NCBI GenBank assembly: GCA_051294375.1 | Contig: CM119265.1 | Location: forward strand, 17,449,172 to 17,513,171 | Reading direction: 5' to 3' | DNA from: Paraspadella gotoi | Lineage: Eukaryota > Animalia > Chaetognatha | Length of the DNA stretch: 64,000 nucleotides | Shown: piece by piece, positions 48,962-61,308 of the stretch | Layout of the letters: every line of letters begins with the position of its first letter | Position numbering within the stretch: the stretch's first letter is position 1 | Program-made: the position numbers and the translations under genes | Notes under the pieces: model-generated | Databases searched by the model: none | Seen by the model: only the letters and a program-made list of their open reading frames with translations | Told to the model about the DNA's origin: nothing

Positions 48962-50945
48962 ATGTCTAAGCCTTTTGAAACAAGTCTTGAAATGCGGGCT
49001 CGTAGGTAAGTCAAATATTAATGTCATCAGAAGTTTAATGAGATTAAGAAAAATTCCCATTTTTCATATTCGTAGGTTGCAAGAGCTCGAGGTAGACACC
49101 GAGGAGAAATCGGGTAAGAATTAAAATGTAATACTATCAAGTGTGATAACATAGTCTAACGTCTCATAATTGTTATGTTTTGAAGAACCTGCGTCCCAGT
49201 ACGACAAGCGATCCTCTCTGCCTTTTAATCGAAATTCTCTTACCCCACGTATTCCGTCCACCCCTACTCCTGCCCCCCCTACCAACTCTGCCAATACTCT
49301 TCCGTCGAAACTTGGGTAATCCGCTCAATTATTTTATAATGTATAATTTTATTAAAATTATAAGTATAATTAATAGGGACTTATTATATGAGTAAAACCT
49401 GTCATTCTACGTATGAAGCAATTTCTAAAAACTGAATTTCGGCAGCGCCGATAGTCCTCAGACGACTCCGATTTTGAAGAAGCGGTTGGCCCCTCAGCCG
49501 CCCCAGATTGAGAAGGAGAGTCTATCGAAGCAACGCACAGCTGAGGATCCTTCCATTGATATCGAGGAGAGACCGCAAACAGGGATCCCGCAGCCATCAG
49601 TCAGAAATTATCGCCCGGAGGATGTAAGCATCTGAAGGGCGTAACGAAAGCTTTGAAGGATATATATGTAAATATCGATATTATAAATCGTCATACCTTA
49701 ATCTTCATACTCATAGCGTGACACGGACTTTCAATTCGACTCTCTCTCCCGCGCCGGGTCAGAATGGTCGGATGAAACCTGGCGATACACTGATGGCGGT
49801 GCCCTTCAGTTTCGTAAAGTCACGTTTAAAGGTATAATCGTCAAGAGAAAGAAACAGCAATTAGACCTCAAAAGAGAAATTATCATACTTTCACTCGGCA
49901 GATTTCCTAAAGAGAGGCTTCCTTGTGCCGACTTGGTACATTGGCATTGTGCAAATGACCGTCGGTATTTCTACCGCCATTATCGCAATCGCCGAGATCC
50001 TTCTGCCGCAAGGGTCTGACGTTTATGGTAGGTCGGTTATTGTGCCCATTGTGGCCAAAACAGGTTTCCTCGATTTGTTAGTATTTATTTCTTTCACGTT
50101 TCTTTTTCCCCTCATTTTTCGCTTTAATATCCCCTCCTCAGGCAACGCAAAGTGGTTCACCCTAAAAACCTACAATATCTTCGGTTTAAACGTCATTTCT
50201 TCTTTGACTCTCTTCGTTGCTGGCTGCTATTTGGTTCGAGCGCAGATCAAGAACGACCTTCGTGTCGTCAAGTTGTCCGCAGGTGTTGATCCAGGCGCTG
50301 GATTAATATAAGGGATGTGATTAGATTTTGGGATTTTAAGAATTTGACCGTTCTGACAATCGACTTTAATGAATTCTTCTCTGATGGCCATTTGCCAGGA
50401 TACGCGGGGCTCAGCATCATTTTGCATCTGTTTGCGCTCATCATGCGTCTGGTCTTATTGTGGTTGGGTGATATCGCGCCAATAAAAATTGGTGGGTTGC
50501 TCCGGTTCAGACCCGAAAATTTGTCGTAAGATTGTTTGAATTGTTTACATTATTGATTGATTGATTGGTTTGGTTTGTTCTGATATGTTGATTTGTTCAA
50601 AATGATTGGTTTGTTAATCAGTGGACCCGTCTCAGGTATTCCGATGTTCGTGGCCGGACTTTGCGTGATGATTCTAACCCTGTTTGGATTTTGGTTCTCG
50701 TCTCTCGGTTTCGGCGTCTACCTTCTCTTCGTTTTTAATCACGCTCAGGTCTGGGGAAAAAAAGGAAACAAGATCGCGAAGTCGCGCAAAAATTTATTCG
50801 GTGTTAACACGTTAACATTTTAATTTCAAATGATTTTGGTTTTGTTTCGTTTGCTAAGGAGGTGGAGAGTCTGAACGATTTGGGGAAGGACTTCGGACCT
50901 GCGGCGATCGACTTGTTGGATAGATATATGGGCGTCACCAACTGA
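48962..50945 (+). CDS. Uncharacterised ~4-TM membrane protein with a Pro-rich cytoplasmic N-terminus, ~10 exons
   Basis: The first exons splice in frame (MSKPFETSLEMRARR|LQELEV..|..PSTPTPAPP..|..WSDETWRY..), then four hydrophobic segments, ending DLLDRYMGVTN*. Confidence 0.7.
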
Positions 50946-51055
50946 TCCAACTGGTTTTGATTTACATTTCGCAGAATTAACTTTTCGGTTTTCACTTCCG
51001 TGCTCCAGAATGAAAAAAAATTAGTATACGTTGCTTCTACTAAATTTGATTCGCC

Positions 51056-52015
51056 TAGGCGTGAAAAAAACGGTTAATTTTAAAAATTATCGGTTAAAAT
51101 GCTAAAATTTAACCGGTTAACTGTTAAAATCGGTTAATTTTCCAACTATCATTATAATGATAAAACTAAGTAACAAAAAATATTTTTTATTTTCAATAAA
51201 AATGAATTAAAAAAAAAATCATCAAAGAAAAAATTATAATAACAAAAAAAAATTATAAAAAAATCAACTAATGTTGGAAATAGAAAAGTGAGTTAAGTGG
51301 AATTAACTTTTTATAATTAAAATTGTCTGTTCCAAGTCATTTTAAAGAGGGACATTTATTAGCTCTTTTTATGTTAGCCTTCTTTAATGAGACAATGAGA
51401 GAGAAAGAGAGAAAAAGAGAGGGTGAGAGAGAGAAAAAAAAGAGAGAATGTTTGATAACATGTTAAGTTCAGATATTAAAAAGAAATTGAAATTCAGTTA
51501 GTACAGTAAAATATATTTAGGCAATGTAAATAAGTAAGCAGTAACGTGATTAAAATTTTAAATACGAAAGTAATAAATAACTAACATTGTTAAATAATAA
51601 ACATTGAAATAAAATGAAAGTGAAGGTGAAAATAAAATAAAAAGTGATTTTTTTTTTAATATGGTAAAATTATAAGAAGAAGAAAGAGCTCTCTTTCTCT
51701 TTATCATATATTGTGAAATTTTACAAACCAAATTTGTACTGAAGAAGGCTAACAACCTTGCCGAAACGTATTTCTTTTAATTAAAATAAATTCATAGTTT
51801 GAAATTACAAATTATTTTTTACTTTTAATACTTACATATATAATCTAAAATAGGGGAGAAAAGTTTTGAGAAATAGTTGAAAGCCTTGAAAAGGAAAACC
51901 ATAGTACTTGAAATAAATAAAAGTTTAAATTAGTAAATTTTAAAATTAACCGGTTAATTTTAACCAAATTAACCGATCGGTTAAAATTATTTTTAATCGG
52001 TGATTAAAACGTCTA
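51056..52015. mobile_element. hAT-like non-autonomous element
   Basis: TAGGCGT...ACGTCTA ends, clustered sub-terminal CGGTTAA/TTAACCG motifs at both ends, and a possible degenerate 8-bp TSD (GATTCGCC/GATGGGTC). Confidence 0.65.
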
Positions 52016-52513
52016 GATGGGTCTGATTTAGCTTTTCATCCGAGTTTAGTCTCATTGATACATTTACACTATTACATACAAATTTAAAAATAGAATGTAA
52101 GAAAATGAAAAAGGGTAAAATCACCAAATGTAAAAAATATCCGATAATATTATTAAAGAATAAAGATTGTTCAATTTCTTTTGAAGAATAAATCGTAATT
52201 TTGTGCTCAAAAGTGATAACTTGGAGGATTTCAGGCTAATTATTTGAACATTTTTTTAAACGTCAATAGCTAGCTGTTGGATGTTCATTATTCAGGGTCT
52301 TCCAAATGCGCTGCATAAAGTTATTGTCATTTCCGCGCTCATTTTACGTAGTATTAGTGCTTAAGTCGATTACTCTACAAAAGAAACTAACAAAAAAGGG
52401 AAAAATAAGGAAAATTCAAAGAAAACCGATTGGTTTTTTTCCTCTCATTTAATGATAATGATTCTTTTCGGCTCGGAGATCTTCTTTTCGCTCCAAACGG
52501 TTAGAACTAGTCG

Positions 52514-54762
52514 ATGAGCCTTTTCGTTTTCAACTCTTCCCCCTTTGCCATTCTTTTGATGATCACTGCCATGAAAGCAAAGAATGATTTTTCTCCTTAC
52601 GACGTTATTTATTGCTCACTTAATTTTCTGGCTATTTTATGGGTAAGTTTCGAAGTGAAATGATATTGAATTGCTTCAGATTATCTCGCCTGGAGTTTTA
52701 ATCATGATAATTTGAGATTATAATTGATTCATGTTAATTAAGAAGACCAATTGTGCTCCGTTGAGACGTTTTGAATATTTTATACTTTAACCCACTAAAT
52801 AACCCTGCTAGAGGGTCAACTGCTAATTTTAAATTTGTTAAAATTATTTTTATTTTTTTTATTTATTTATTTTTTTAATATTTCATGGATGATGACTCTT
52901 CTTTTCCTGGGAGCTCCTTCCTAAGCTCCACCTTCGGCCGGTCCTTTTTTCGTTTCTCCAACAGTTCGTCCGGGAACATCGATGTCTTTCACCCTGAAAC
53001 GCCAGTCACGAACTTCATCGTCGACCACATGCCCAGACTGCGCCAGCCCTTCAAGCCGCCCTTATGGGTCCGTAACGGCCATTTGCAGACCTTCGGATTC
53101 TGGACGACAAAGTTCAGCAAGGCTGAAGTGGACAGTAGGCGCTACCGGGTCACGGCTCCGGACGGCGCAACAGTCACCTTTGATGTCTTCGAGCCGTCGC
53201 CGGACGAACAATGGGGGATTGGCGTCGACGTTACAGTTTGCCTGGTGCCGGGTCTCGGCAACTCTGCGGAATCTGGCTACGTCCGATCCTGCGCCAAGTT
53301 TCTTCGCAGTTGCGGCTTCCGGGTGGCGGTCCTGAATCACTTGGGTACCGTCGCCGAGGTTCCGCTTACCTCGCCCCGGATATTCTGGTTTAATATATTT
53401 TATGATTTAACTTTGAATGTATTCACGAAAAACGCATTGTTAGCACTCGAGAAAAAATATTCATTAATATATTGATATTTAAAATCCCGTTATCTGCTCA
53501 TAAGGTCCATTATTATTAGTACTATTTAACACAAAGAATTCTTGCCTCAGCTATGGAAACACGGAAGAGTACGACTTAATGGTTCGCTGGGTTATCGAGC
53601 GCTACTCTGAATCTCTCTTCTTCTCCGTTGGATTTTCGATGGGCGCTAACATCGTCACCAAGCATTTGGGCGAGCATCACACCGCCAAGCCTTTCCTTGG
53701 AGCTCTGAGCGTCGGACAATGGTATGTTCAATTCGATTAGTAGTTTAAATTCAATTCGATAAAATGTACTGCTCTGCAGAAAGAAAAAATATTAAAAAAT
53801 AAATATAATTTAAAAAAGGTAAAAAGAACAAAACAATTAACATTCCGCTGCCCCTACGCTAGTTGGTGAGACACCCCGCGCTCCATTGAAATAAGTTATC
53901 CATTTTCTATTCTCTTTTCTCTCTTTTCTTTCTTTATCCCACAGCTACGACGCAATCGAGGCATACCGCAACCTCACCCTCCGTCACAAGCCCTACATGT
54001 GGGCCATGACGCGAGGAATGAAGAAGTTCCTCAGGGCTCACGAGATTCCACTCTTCCTCAGCCCGCGCGCAAGAGACGTCGTCAACGCGAAGAACATCGA
54101 CGTGGACCAACTCTTCAATGCTAACGATCTTCAGGCTATTGACGAAAACTACTATCGACGTTTCTGGGGGTTCGCCACGCTAGAGGTTTTCCTTATTCCG
54201 AGGAAGAAGAGGAAAAAATTGGCAATAATTGAAGTGAAAACACTTTTCCATCGCCTCTGAATCAATCCTTCGTTCCACCCGCCGAATTTTTTTTTACGCA
54301 GGAGTTTTACACGTCGCAATCGTGTTTCAACTATTTGGCCAACATCGAGATTCCCATCATGTTTCTCAACGCCCGCGACGATCCGCTAGTGCCGGATCAG
54401 CTCATCGATCTCCCTCGCCCGTTCGTCTCCGATTCGGGCTCCGCCATCCTCGTCACCACAAAGGTTTTTGTGACTATTTCCGGAGAGAACCCGATTAATT
54501 TTTAAGAATTTTACTAGTTTAAATTTCTCATTCCTTTTCGCCGTAACAGTACGGGGGTCATCTCGGATACTTCGAAGGAGGTTCCCACACGTGGCTAGAG
54601 AAATTCATCGTCGAGTATTGTGATTCGCTGCTTCTTCTGCGACAAGCGGAGATCGAGGGTGCCGTCGTCACTACGCATGCGCATCGGGACGCTAGCGAAG
54701 ACGGGAAGGAGAGCGGTTGTGAAGGCCAATCGATCCAAGAAACGAGCGTATCTTTTGTCTAA
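52514..54762 (+). CDS. ABHD2: Alpha/beta hydrolase of the ABHD1-3 family (ABHD2-like)
   Basis: N-terminal TM; PPLWVRNGHLQT, DGATVTFD, PGLGNSAESGY, VAVLNHLG..LTSPRIF.YGNT, nucleophile GFSMG, NARDDP, GGHLGYFEGG. Confidence 0.9.
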
Positions 54763-55315
54763 ATAGTTAAAAATGTTTAAATAAAAAAATGTTTCCACTT
54801 GTTGGTTTCTTGGCCGGGGCGTCTCTTTTCTGTCTGTAGATTTCCCTTTGTCCGTCCAACCGTTCGCTTTATCATAAATGTTGATGTACTAGTTTGCTTT
54901 GACTACGCCGTGGTATGATAAGTAATTTCTGGAGAATGTTTTGAATTTTTAATTACGGAGGAATTCAGTTGGGTTAGAAGGGGAAAAATACTAGCTAAGA
55001 ATTTAAATAAAAAATTAATAAAAAGTATGTGATTGTCAAATGCTTAAAAAAAACATTCTTAGTAAGAACTAAGTATTATTTTTTGTTTTGGCAGCCAAAG
55101 CTACAAAACTGTTTTATTACGAAAAAAGCCGATTAAAAACGAAAGAATTGACTGGCGGTATTATGACGCCAGCCATACTTCCGTCAAGCAACAAATGGAA
55201 AGGCGCAAAAATACTGTAAAAAATATAATATAAAAATGATGACGATAAATACAAACTACTTCTTTCACGTCGACGGCGGGCGATTGTATGGAGCGCTATT
55301 CGTTTGGTCGAACTT

Positions 55316-56301
55316 TCACCAATCGTCTTCGTCGGAACTGTCGTCGGCGCCGACGCCGCCGCCCCTGATCGTCTTCTTGCCAACATCTCGACCGAACATC
55401 GTGAGTGCCGATTTTCCCCTGGGGCGTTCGGCGTTTTCGTCGGCCGGAGGCGTCGTCAAGTCGCCCGAGTAATCGATGACGCGTTGGGTGGCGATTCGCC
55501 ACTCCATCATTGATGTTGAGAAGTCGTCGCGGTTTCCGAGGTCCGTAAATCCCACGATATAGTCGACAGTCTTCGAGTCTCTGCATGAAGGAAAGAAAAA
55601 AAGATAATTTGAATGAGAGTGTATGTCAAGTAAAGAACATCCAAACTCGTTAAATATAGTAAAAAATTTTTGGTTAGTTAGTTTTTTAGTCTAATTTTCA
55701 AAAATCACGGACCTGACAAGACAAACAGTGGGCATGACCTTGATTTTCAACCTCTCCGTTAAAAAAGGCGCTTTCTCTGCATTGATTTTTATGAATTTCG
55801 TTTCCAAGTGTTTTCCCGCCAAAATTGCCAAGTGCTTGTCAACTATTTTGCACCTGAAATATTATAAAATACTGATTTAAATAAGAAAATTCCCTAGGAA
55901 AGAGATGATTAATTTATTCGTTGTTGACCTAAAAGACGAGTCGATGTAGAAATGCGCAACGACGTTTTTCGACTTTTTCGTGACTTCGAAAAAATCTTTT
56001 TCAGTCGGGACTTCTTCGTATCTTCCATGACCGTTAGCGCGCCAGGTCTTAGGTAAGGTAAGATAAGATCGGGTATTGGTGAGTAAAGGGTCGATGAAGT
56101 TCACCCTTTCTATGCCCCACTCAACCTCACCTCCTTCTGCTCGGCGGCCTTCTTCATGGCGGTCATTCTCTTTCTCCGCAGCGCTTCCAACTCTTCATCG
56201 CCCATGGTTTCCAAAGAGTGGATCTCGGCGTCTACTCGCTCCATTTCTTGGTCCACGCGTTTTTCTATCATCTTCGTCACTCCCGTCAAGGCTTGCTCCA
56301 T
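55316..56301 (-). CDS. TXNDC9: Thioredoxin domain-containing protein 9 (phosducin-like 3)
   Basis: [73 protein letters not shown], acidic tail SSDEDDW. Confidence 0.95.
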
Positions 56302-57590
56302 GATTGGACTCGGAATCGGCACAGAAACGAGAAAATAGTGGTTACGATTCTTCCGCAATATTACTTCCAGTCGAGGGACAATGAAAATTTTTTCTCGGGG
56401 CTAAAGGCGTCGCGTGCCGCGTGTCCTTTCTGATCTGAAGACTCGTCCGCCTATATTTCTCTAGTTCTTTCGCTCGTCGCCAACGACAAATGACGTCATG
56501 TGCTGCGTCGCGGAGCAGACTAAACGCAGTGGGAGCAGCGCTCGACGCCGCTGAGGAAAACATGAGCAAAAGTTCTTGGACTTAACTTAATAAACGAATT
56601 ATAATTAATTATAATTAATTATAAAACTTACTCAATTTACTAATGTGAGGGATGGCTTTAACTGGACAGAACTTTGAATAATCTTAGATGATCGAGCTGG
56701 TCTGAATTATACCTAACATCCTGATGAAAAACTGTATGTATCATTAGTTGTTTAGGTTACGTTTCATGCCTTACAACAGATCATACCCACATGTTGAAGG
56801 TGTAATTAGACTGTCGTGGAGGGTGAAGTAGTTGTTACGTTAGTCAGATACATTCTAGATAGCTGCTCGAGTCATGAAATGAATGATCATTTGTTTTAAT
56901 TGGAGTACCATTCATAAAGGCATTCATATGATTTGTAAAGCGAAATACTTTTATTCTAAATAAATTCATCTGGCCTTCTTTTAGGTTTTGAACAAAGAAC
57001 AGCCGAATTAAGAAATCTTAAAATAATTATTATTAATAATCTCCTCTCCCTATTAATAGAGAAAGCTGAAAAGAAAGGTAATGAATAATAGATATCGAGC
57101 AATGAATTATAAATGCAGGAAAATTTTTTATTTGTCAAAAATAAAAGTCCGATGATGAATCTTCGTGAAGGTCTCTAAAACAAAACCAATGTCCATTTTT
57201 CATGTCGTTTATGCCCATATAATGGTTCGATGTATTCATTTTATGTTGTTAAATCTAGTTTTAAATGTATCTTCGGTGGTTAACCCCTCGGTCCCCCCTC
57301 AGTCCTCACTGAGCAAGTGGAACACCTATTAAAATATCCGAAATCCTCACGCCGGTGCGGAACCCGCCAATATCTTTCAATTTCGTCATTTCATTGCTTC
57401 TTTTGATTCTAAATTGGAATCGATTTTCCCGAGTAAATATTGACAATCCGTTCTTTGCATTCGTTTACTAACTCGTTTCCTCCCGATTTCCTTGTTTTCC
57501 CTCTGGCTTTTCGCTTTCATCTCATTCCTTTTAATTTTTTTGCCATGAATAAGGCCATATAAGTCAAAAGCACAGTGTCACCAGATTGAG

Positions 57591-59919
57591 ATGTTTCTAA
57601 ATGTCTTTGTCGTTCTCTTTCTGTTGTCGTCACCGTCATTCTCCTTAACGACCGACTATCGACCGCCTTTTAACGACCTGCGACCGACAGATAATTCTTT
57701 CTTGGATGCGGCGGTCGGCGCGACAACGCGAACGTCGCCTCAACCCCGTATACACGCCAGCGAGCGATTACGGCGCCCTGGCGACGCCACGGAGAAGTTA
57801 CGTCGCTTTTTGAAGCGAAACGAGGAAGACGTTTTTCTTACTGGCGGTGTGGAGGTTGCGTTGACCTTCACTCTGTATCATGTGATAGAATTAAACGAAA
57901 AAAGTCAATTTCTCGACACCAACTTTTACGTGTTCCTTGATTGGGTCGACGAGACTTTGTCATGGCGGCCCGAGGATTTTGACGGCGTCAAATCGGTCAT
58001 CATGCCGGCCAAATGGACGAGGAAGCCCGACTTGACCATCGTCAATCAGTTGGACAAAGGTTTGGATCGTTGTGAAAAGGCTTGATCTTTTATTTGAAAT
58101 ATTTATTATTGGGTTCATAATGAACTTCATATTTAAACTTTGATTAAAGGTTTTATACTTTATTTTACCGAAAGATTAAAAAAAATCTCTCGGTTTACCA
58201 TTTACCATTTACCATTACCATTTACCAGTCCACGGCTTTTGGTCCGACGACGACGCTCCCACCATGTTATCGAGCGAGGGCCGTGTCTCGTGGGCGCCCA
58301 CCTTCAAGGGAAGAACCGCCTGCAAGCTCGACGTCGTCTTTTTCCCCTTCGAAGATCAACAGTGCGAAATCATTTTTTCAACTTGGTTCAGCACCGTCGA
58401 GGAAATTCGTTTCAGGCCGTCCAAGGGTCAGTGTGACATAATTTTAAATAATTTGGACTGGGAGTCAAATATATTGAGAGAGATTAGTCTTTAACAACAA
58501 CAAAATCACTAATACTTTGAAGGGAGCATAACTATGTACGGGGAGAAATTCACCGACAATACAAAATGGGAATTGAGCGCCAGTTGCGTCAAGGAGCGAA
58601 ATCATACCTACCAGACGACGGGAGATTCTTATTCGGAAATTCACGTTCATCTGTTCATTCGCAGGCGAGAAGGATGATGATCTGACACTATTTTTTTTAA
58701 AAACATATTAAAAGTTATTAATGTTTTTGTTCGCTTTCCCCTTTATTTCTTATATATACCTCAGAAAGGCGACGTTAGAGGTGTTCAACATTATGCTGCC
58801 GGCCTTCCTTATTCTCCTTCAGATCATCGGCGCTTTTTGGCTTCCGTTGGATTCTCCGGGGAAACCCTCGCTAGGAATGACGGTTTTTCTGGCGGCGACG
58901 GTGCAGAGCGCTTCCTTGAACGATCTCACCCCCGCCACCACGCCTTTTCCCATCGTCGGCGTCTTCCACGCCCTCAACATGGTCGTCGCTACGGCGCAAG
59001 TCCTCGCCACCGTTGTGGTTCTCGCCGTCAGGTCCGTTATACCAATTTCATTAGTACATCACGGAGGCATTTTTATCAATATTCAAATAACCAAATAACT
59101 ACATATAGTAATACTGGCGTTCTGTTTCGTTTGTTCTGTTTCGTTTCATTTCACCTTTTTTGCGCAGATACCAAGGGCATCTAAACACGAAAATGCCGTG
59201 GATTTTTGAAAGGTTTCTTAGTCTCTGCTCCGATTCGCTTCTCACTACTAAGAAGGCGAGAAACGAAGTGGCTCAGAAGAGGATGAGATTCGATCAGGTG
59301 GTCTCTCGTCACTGGCAAACTGATTTGATGGCAGTCTGTCAGTCTGTTTCATCTTTTATAACTATGGTAAAAATATTAACGATTGATTTTGTGATTATTA
59401 AACAGGAAGAAAGAAAGGCAAAGGTGAAAGCGAAAGGCTTTGGATATTTGGATCCAGGTAGTTACGAAAAATATTTTTTTGTATTATTACTTAATCATAA
59501 TTTCTTGCTCTTTTTTCTTATCCTCCCGATCAACTCTTCAGGTGAAAATGAAATTCGATGGAGGTCACAGGATTTTGGGTGGACTTGGTCCGATAGCGGG
59601 GACGGCTTTTCCAGCTTAACCGCTGCCGTTTACGAACAGGTTTTTAAGCGATAAAACATTTTTTGAAAAACCAAAAACAAAAACAAAAGCGACTTTTCCA
59701 TCTCCGCAGACGCGATTCAGTCGTCGACGCTGGGAAAAGTCGGATGAAGCGACGTCTCTCCGGCGCAAGTGGGAGACGTTGGCGATTCGACTCGATCGCC
59801 TCTTCTTTTCGGTCATCGTCGTTGTTTATTGCCTCGTCGTCCTCATCGTCGTCGTCGAATCTTGTTTCAAGTCTCCCAATCGCAAGAACGTGTGCGGAAA
59901 AGAGATCACTAAGTATTGA
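57591..59919 (+). CDS. Cys-loop ligand-gated ion channel subunit (nAChR/5-HT3-like, non-alpha)
   Basis: Signal peptide, W.DE.LSW.P.DF.GV, KPDL, Cys-loop CKLDVVFFPFEDQQC, M1-M3, M4 KWETLAIRLDRLFF; no vicinal Cys in loop C. Confidence 0.92.
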
Positions 59920-59993
59920 TTAGTGATTGCGATTGGGAGACTTGAAACAAGATCCGACGACGACGATGAGGACGACGAGGAAATAAACAACGA
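59817..59993. repeat. Near-perfect ~67-bp inverted duplication spanning the channel's M4 coding region and 3' UTR
   Basis: Arms ~59819-59885 and 59927-59993 with 2 mismatches. Confidence 0.93.
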
Positions 59994-60449
59994 TGATTAG
60001 TGATTGTAAGAAACATTTTGTCAATGATTTATTAATTAAGTATTTATTATATAACATACGAAGGCCGGTGTTGGTAAATAGCAGAGTAAATAAACTAAAT
60101 ATCTTGTCACCGATTAGACAGTGTACCAATAATTTTAATTATATCAAATAAGTATCTACGTTTGGAAAAGCGAAATTAGGATTCGAATTTCGAGGTTGTA
60201 GGTTTTTTTTCTGTCCATCCTTAGCTACTCCAAGTCGTCTTTCGGGCCAAAAAGCGCCATCGTTAAAAGGGGCGGTATTTGTCTTATTATACGAAAATGC
60301 CCGGTGTCATTCGCTTCGACAACTGTTTCACGTCAATGAGGTCCGTCCATTTCGTTTCGACGACTAAACATTGACAAACCTTTTTATTAAACAAAATGTA
60401 AACCGTTTTTGTCAATGACTTTTTGAGCTTTCACAAATATAAGTAAATC

Positions 60450-61121
60450 CAGGGTGGGACCCTATATCGAGACAAAACTTAACGCCCTGCTCTGTCTGAA
60501 CGATTTGATACACAATAATAAAATTAGAGGCAACAGTTTTTTTGGGCTTTTTACTTTTATATACATTATAAAATGAAAAAAAAAATTCAAGCAACTACAA
60601 GCGTCGTGGATGTTTTCAAAACATTTAGTCGTAAGTAAAACAAAATTTCATAAAGATTATAACGAATATGCTTAAATTGTCAAATACTTGATGTATTTCT
60701 TACCTTTTTAACGCTTTTATTATGCATTAAGAAATCTTACATAATAAATTTAATTATCTGACAATATCGTTAATAAATTTCCTGATAAAAGTAAGTTTTA
60801 ATAAAAATTAAACCATAACAATAATTTACCCAAATCTTACCTGCTTACTTTAAAATTTTTTTAACCAAAATACCATGTATACCTTGCCAGAAGCATTATT
60901 ATACTACAAATAAGTACTTCCAAAAATATTTTAAACTTTTATGTATTAGAATGAGATTTAACATTAAGTATTCAAACATTTTTCTTCAAAACCGCGCTGT
61001 GAAAACCGAGCAGCTGCATCAAAAAAGCATAATATCAAAGAATTTCAAAACAATTAATATTTCTAATAGCATTAGAATAACGATTTTTTAAATTTGGTCT
61101 CGATATAGGGTCCCACCCCTG
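60450..61121. mobile_element. Tc1/mariner-type MITE
   Basis: TIRs CAGGGTGGGACCCTATATCGAGAC / GTCTCGATATAGGGTCCCACCCCTG|TA. Confidence 0.85.
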
Positions 61122-61308
61122 TATTATTACTAGCTCAAATATATTATATTTTATAAACATATACATAAGGTGATAACTAAATTAATTTGAGAGGTTTCGT
61201 CTATAGCTAGTACAAAAACACATTTTTTTTACATCTGACTTGCTTAGAAAATTTTGACAGAGAACTAAAAGTAACAAAGAAGGCCCCAAAAATCACGGGG
61301 CAAATTTG

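Noticed and set aside
56491-56498. CRE palindrome TGACGTCA upstream of TXNDC9
   Set aside because: A single 8-mer is expected by chance about once in 64 kb; no supporting evidence.
56645-56890. Possible ncRNA (CTGATGA, balanced composition) between TXNDC9 and the channel gene
   Set aside because: Could not build a hammerhead or a C/D-box terminal stem; it may be a TE fragment.
59920-60129. Minus-strand ORF ending in an M4-like peptide as a second channel gene
   Set aside because: It is only the inverted duplicate of the M4 sequence; no other channel exons lie on that strand.
60150-60365. Exon-like GC-richer segment on the minus strand
   Set aside because: All three frames after the candidate acceptor close quickly; no recognisable product.
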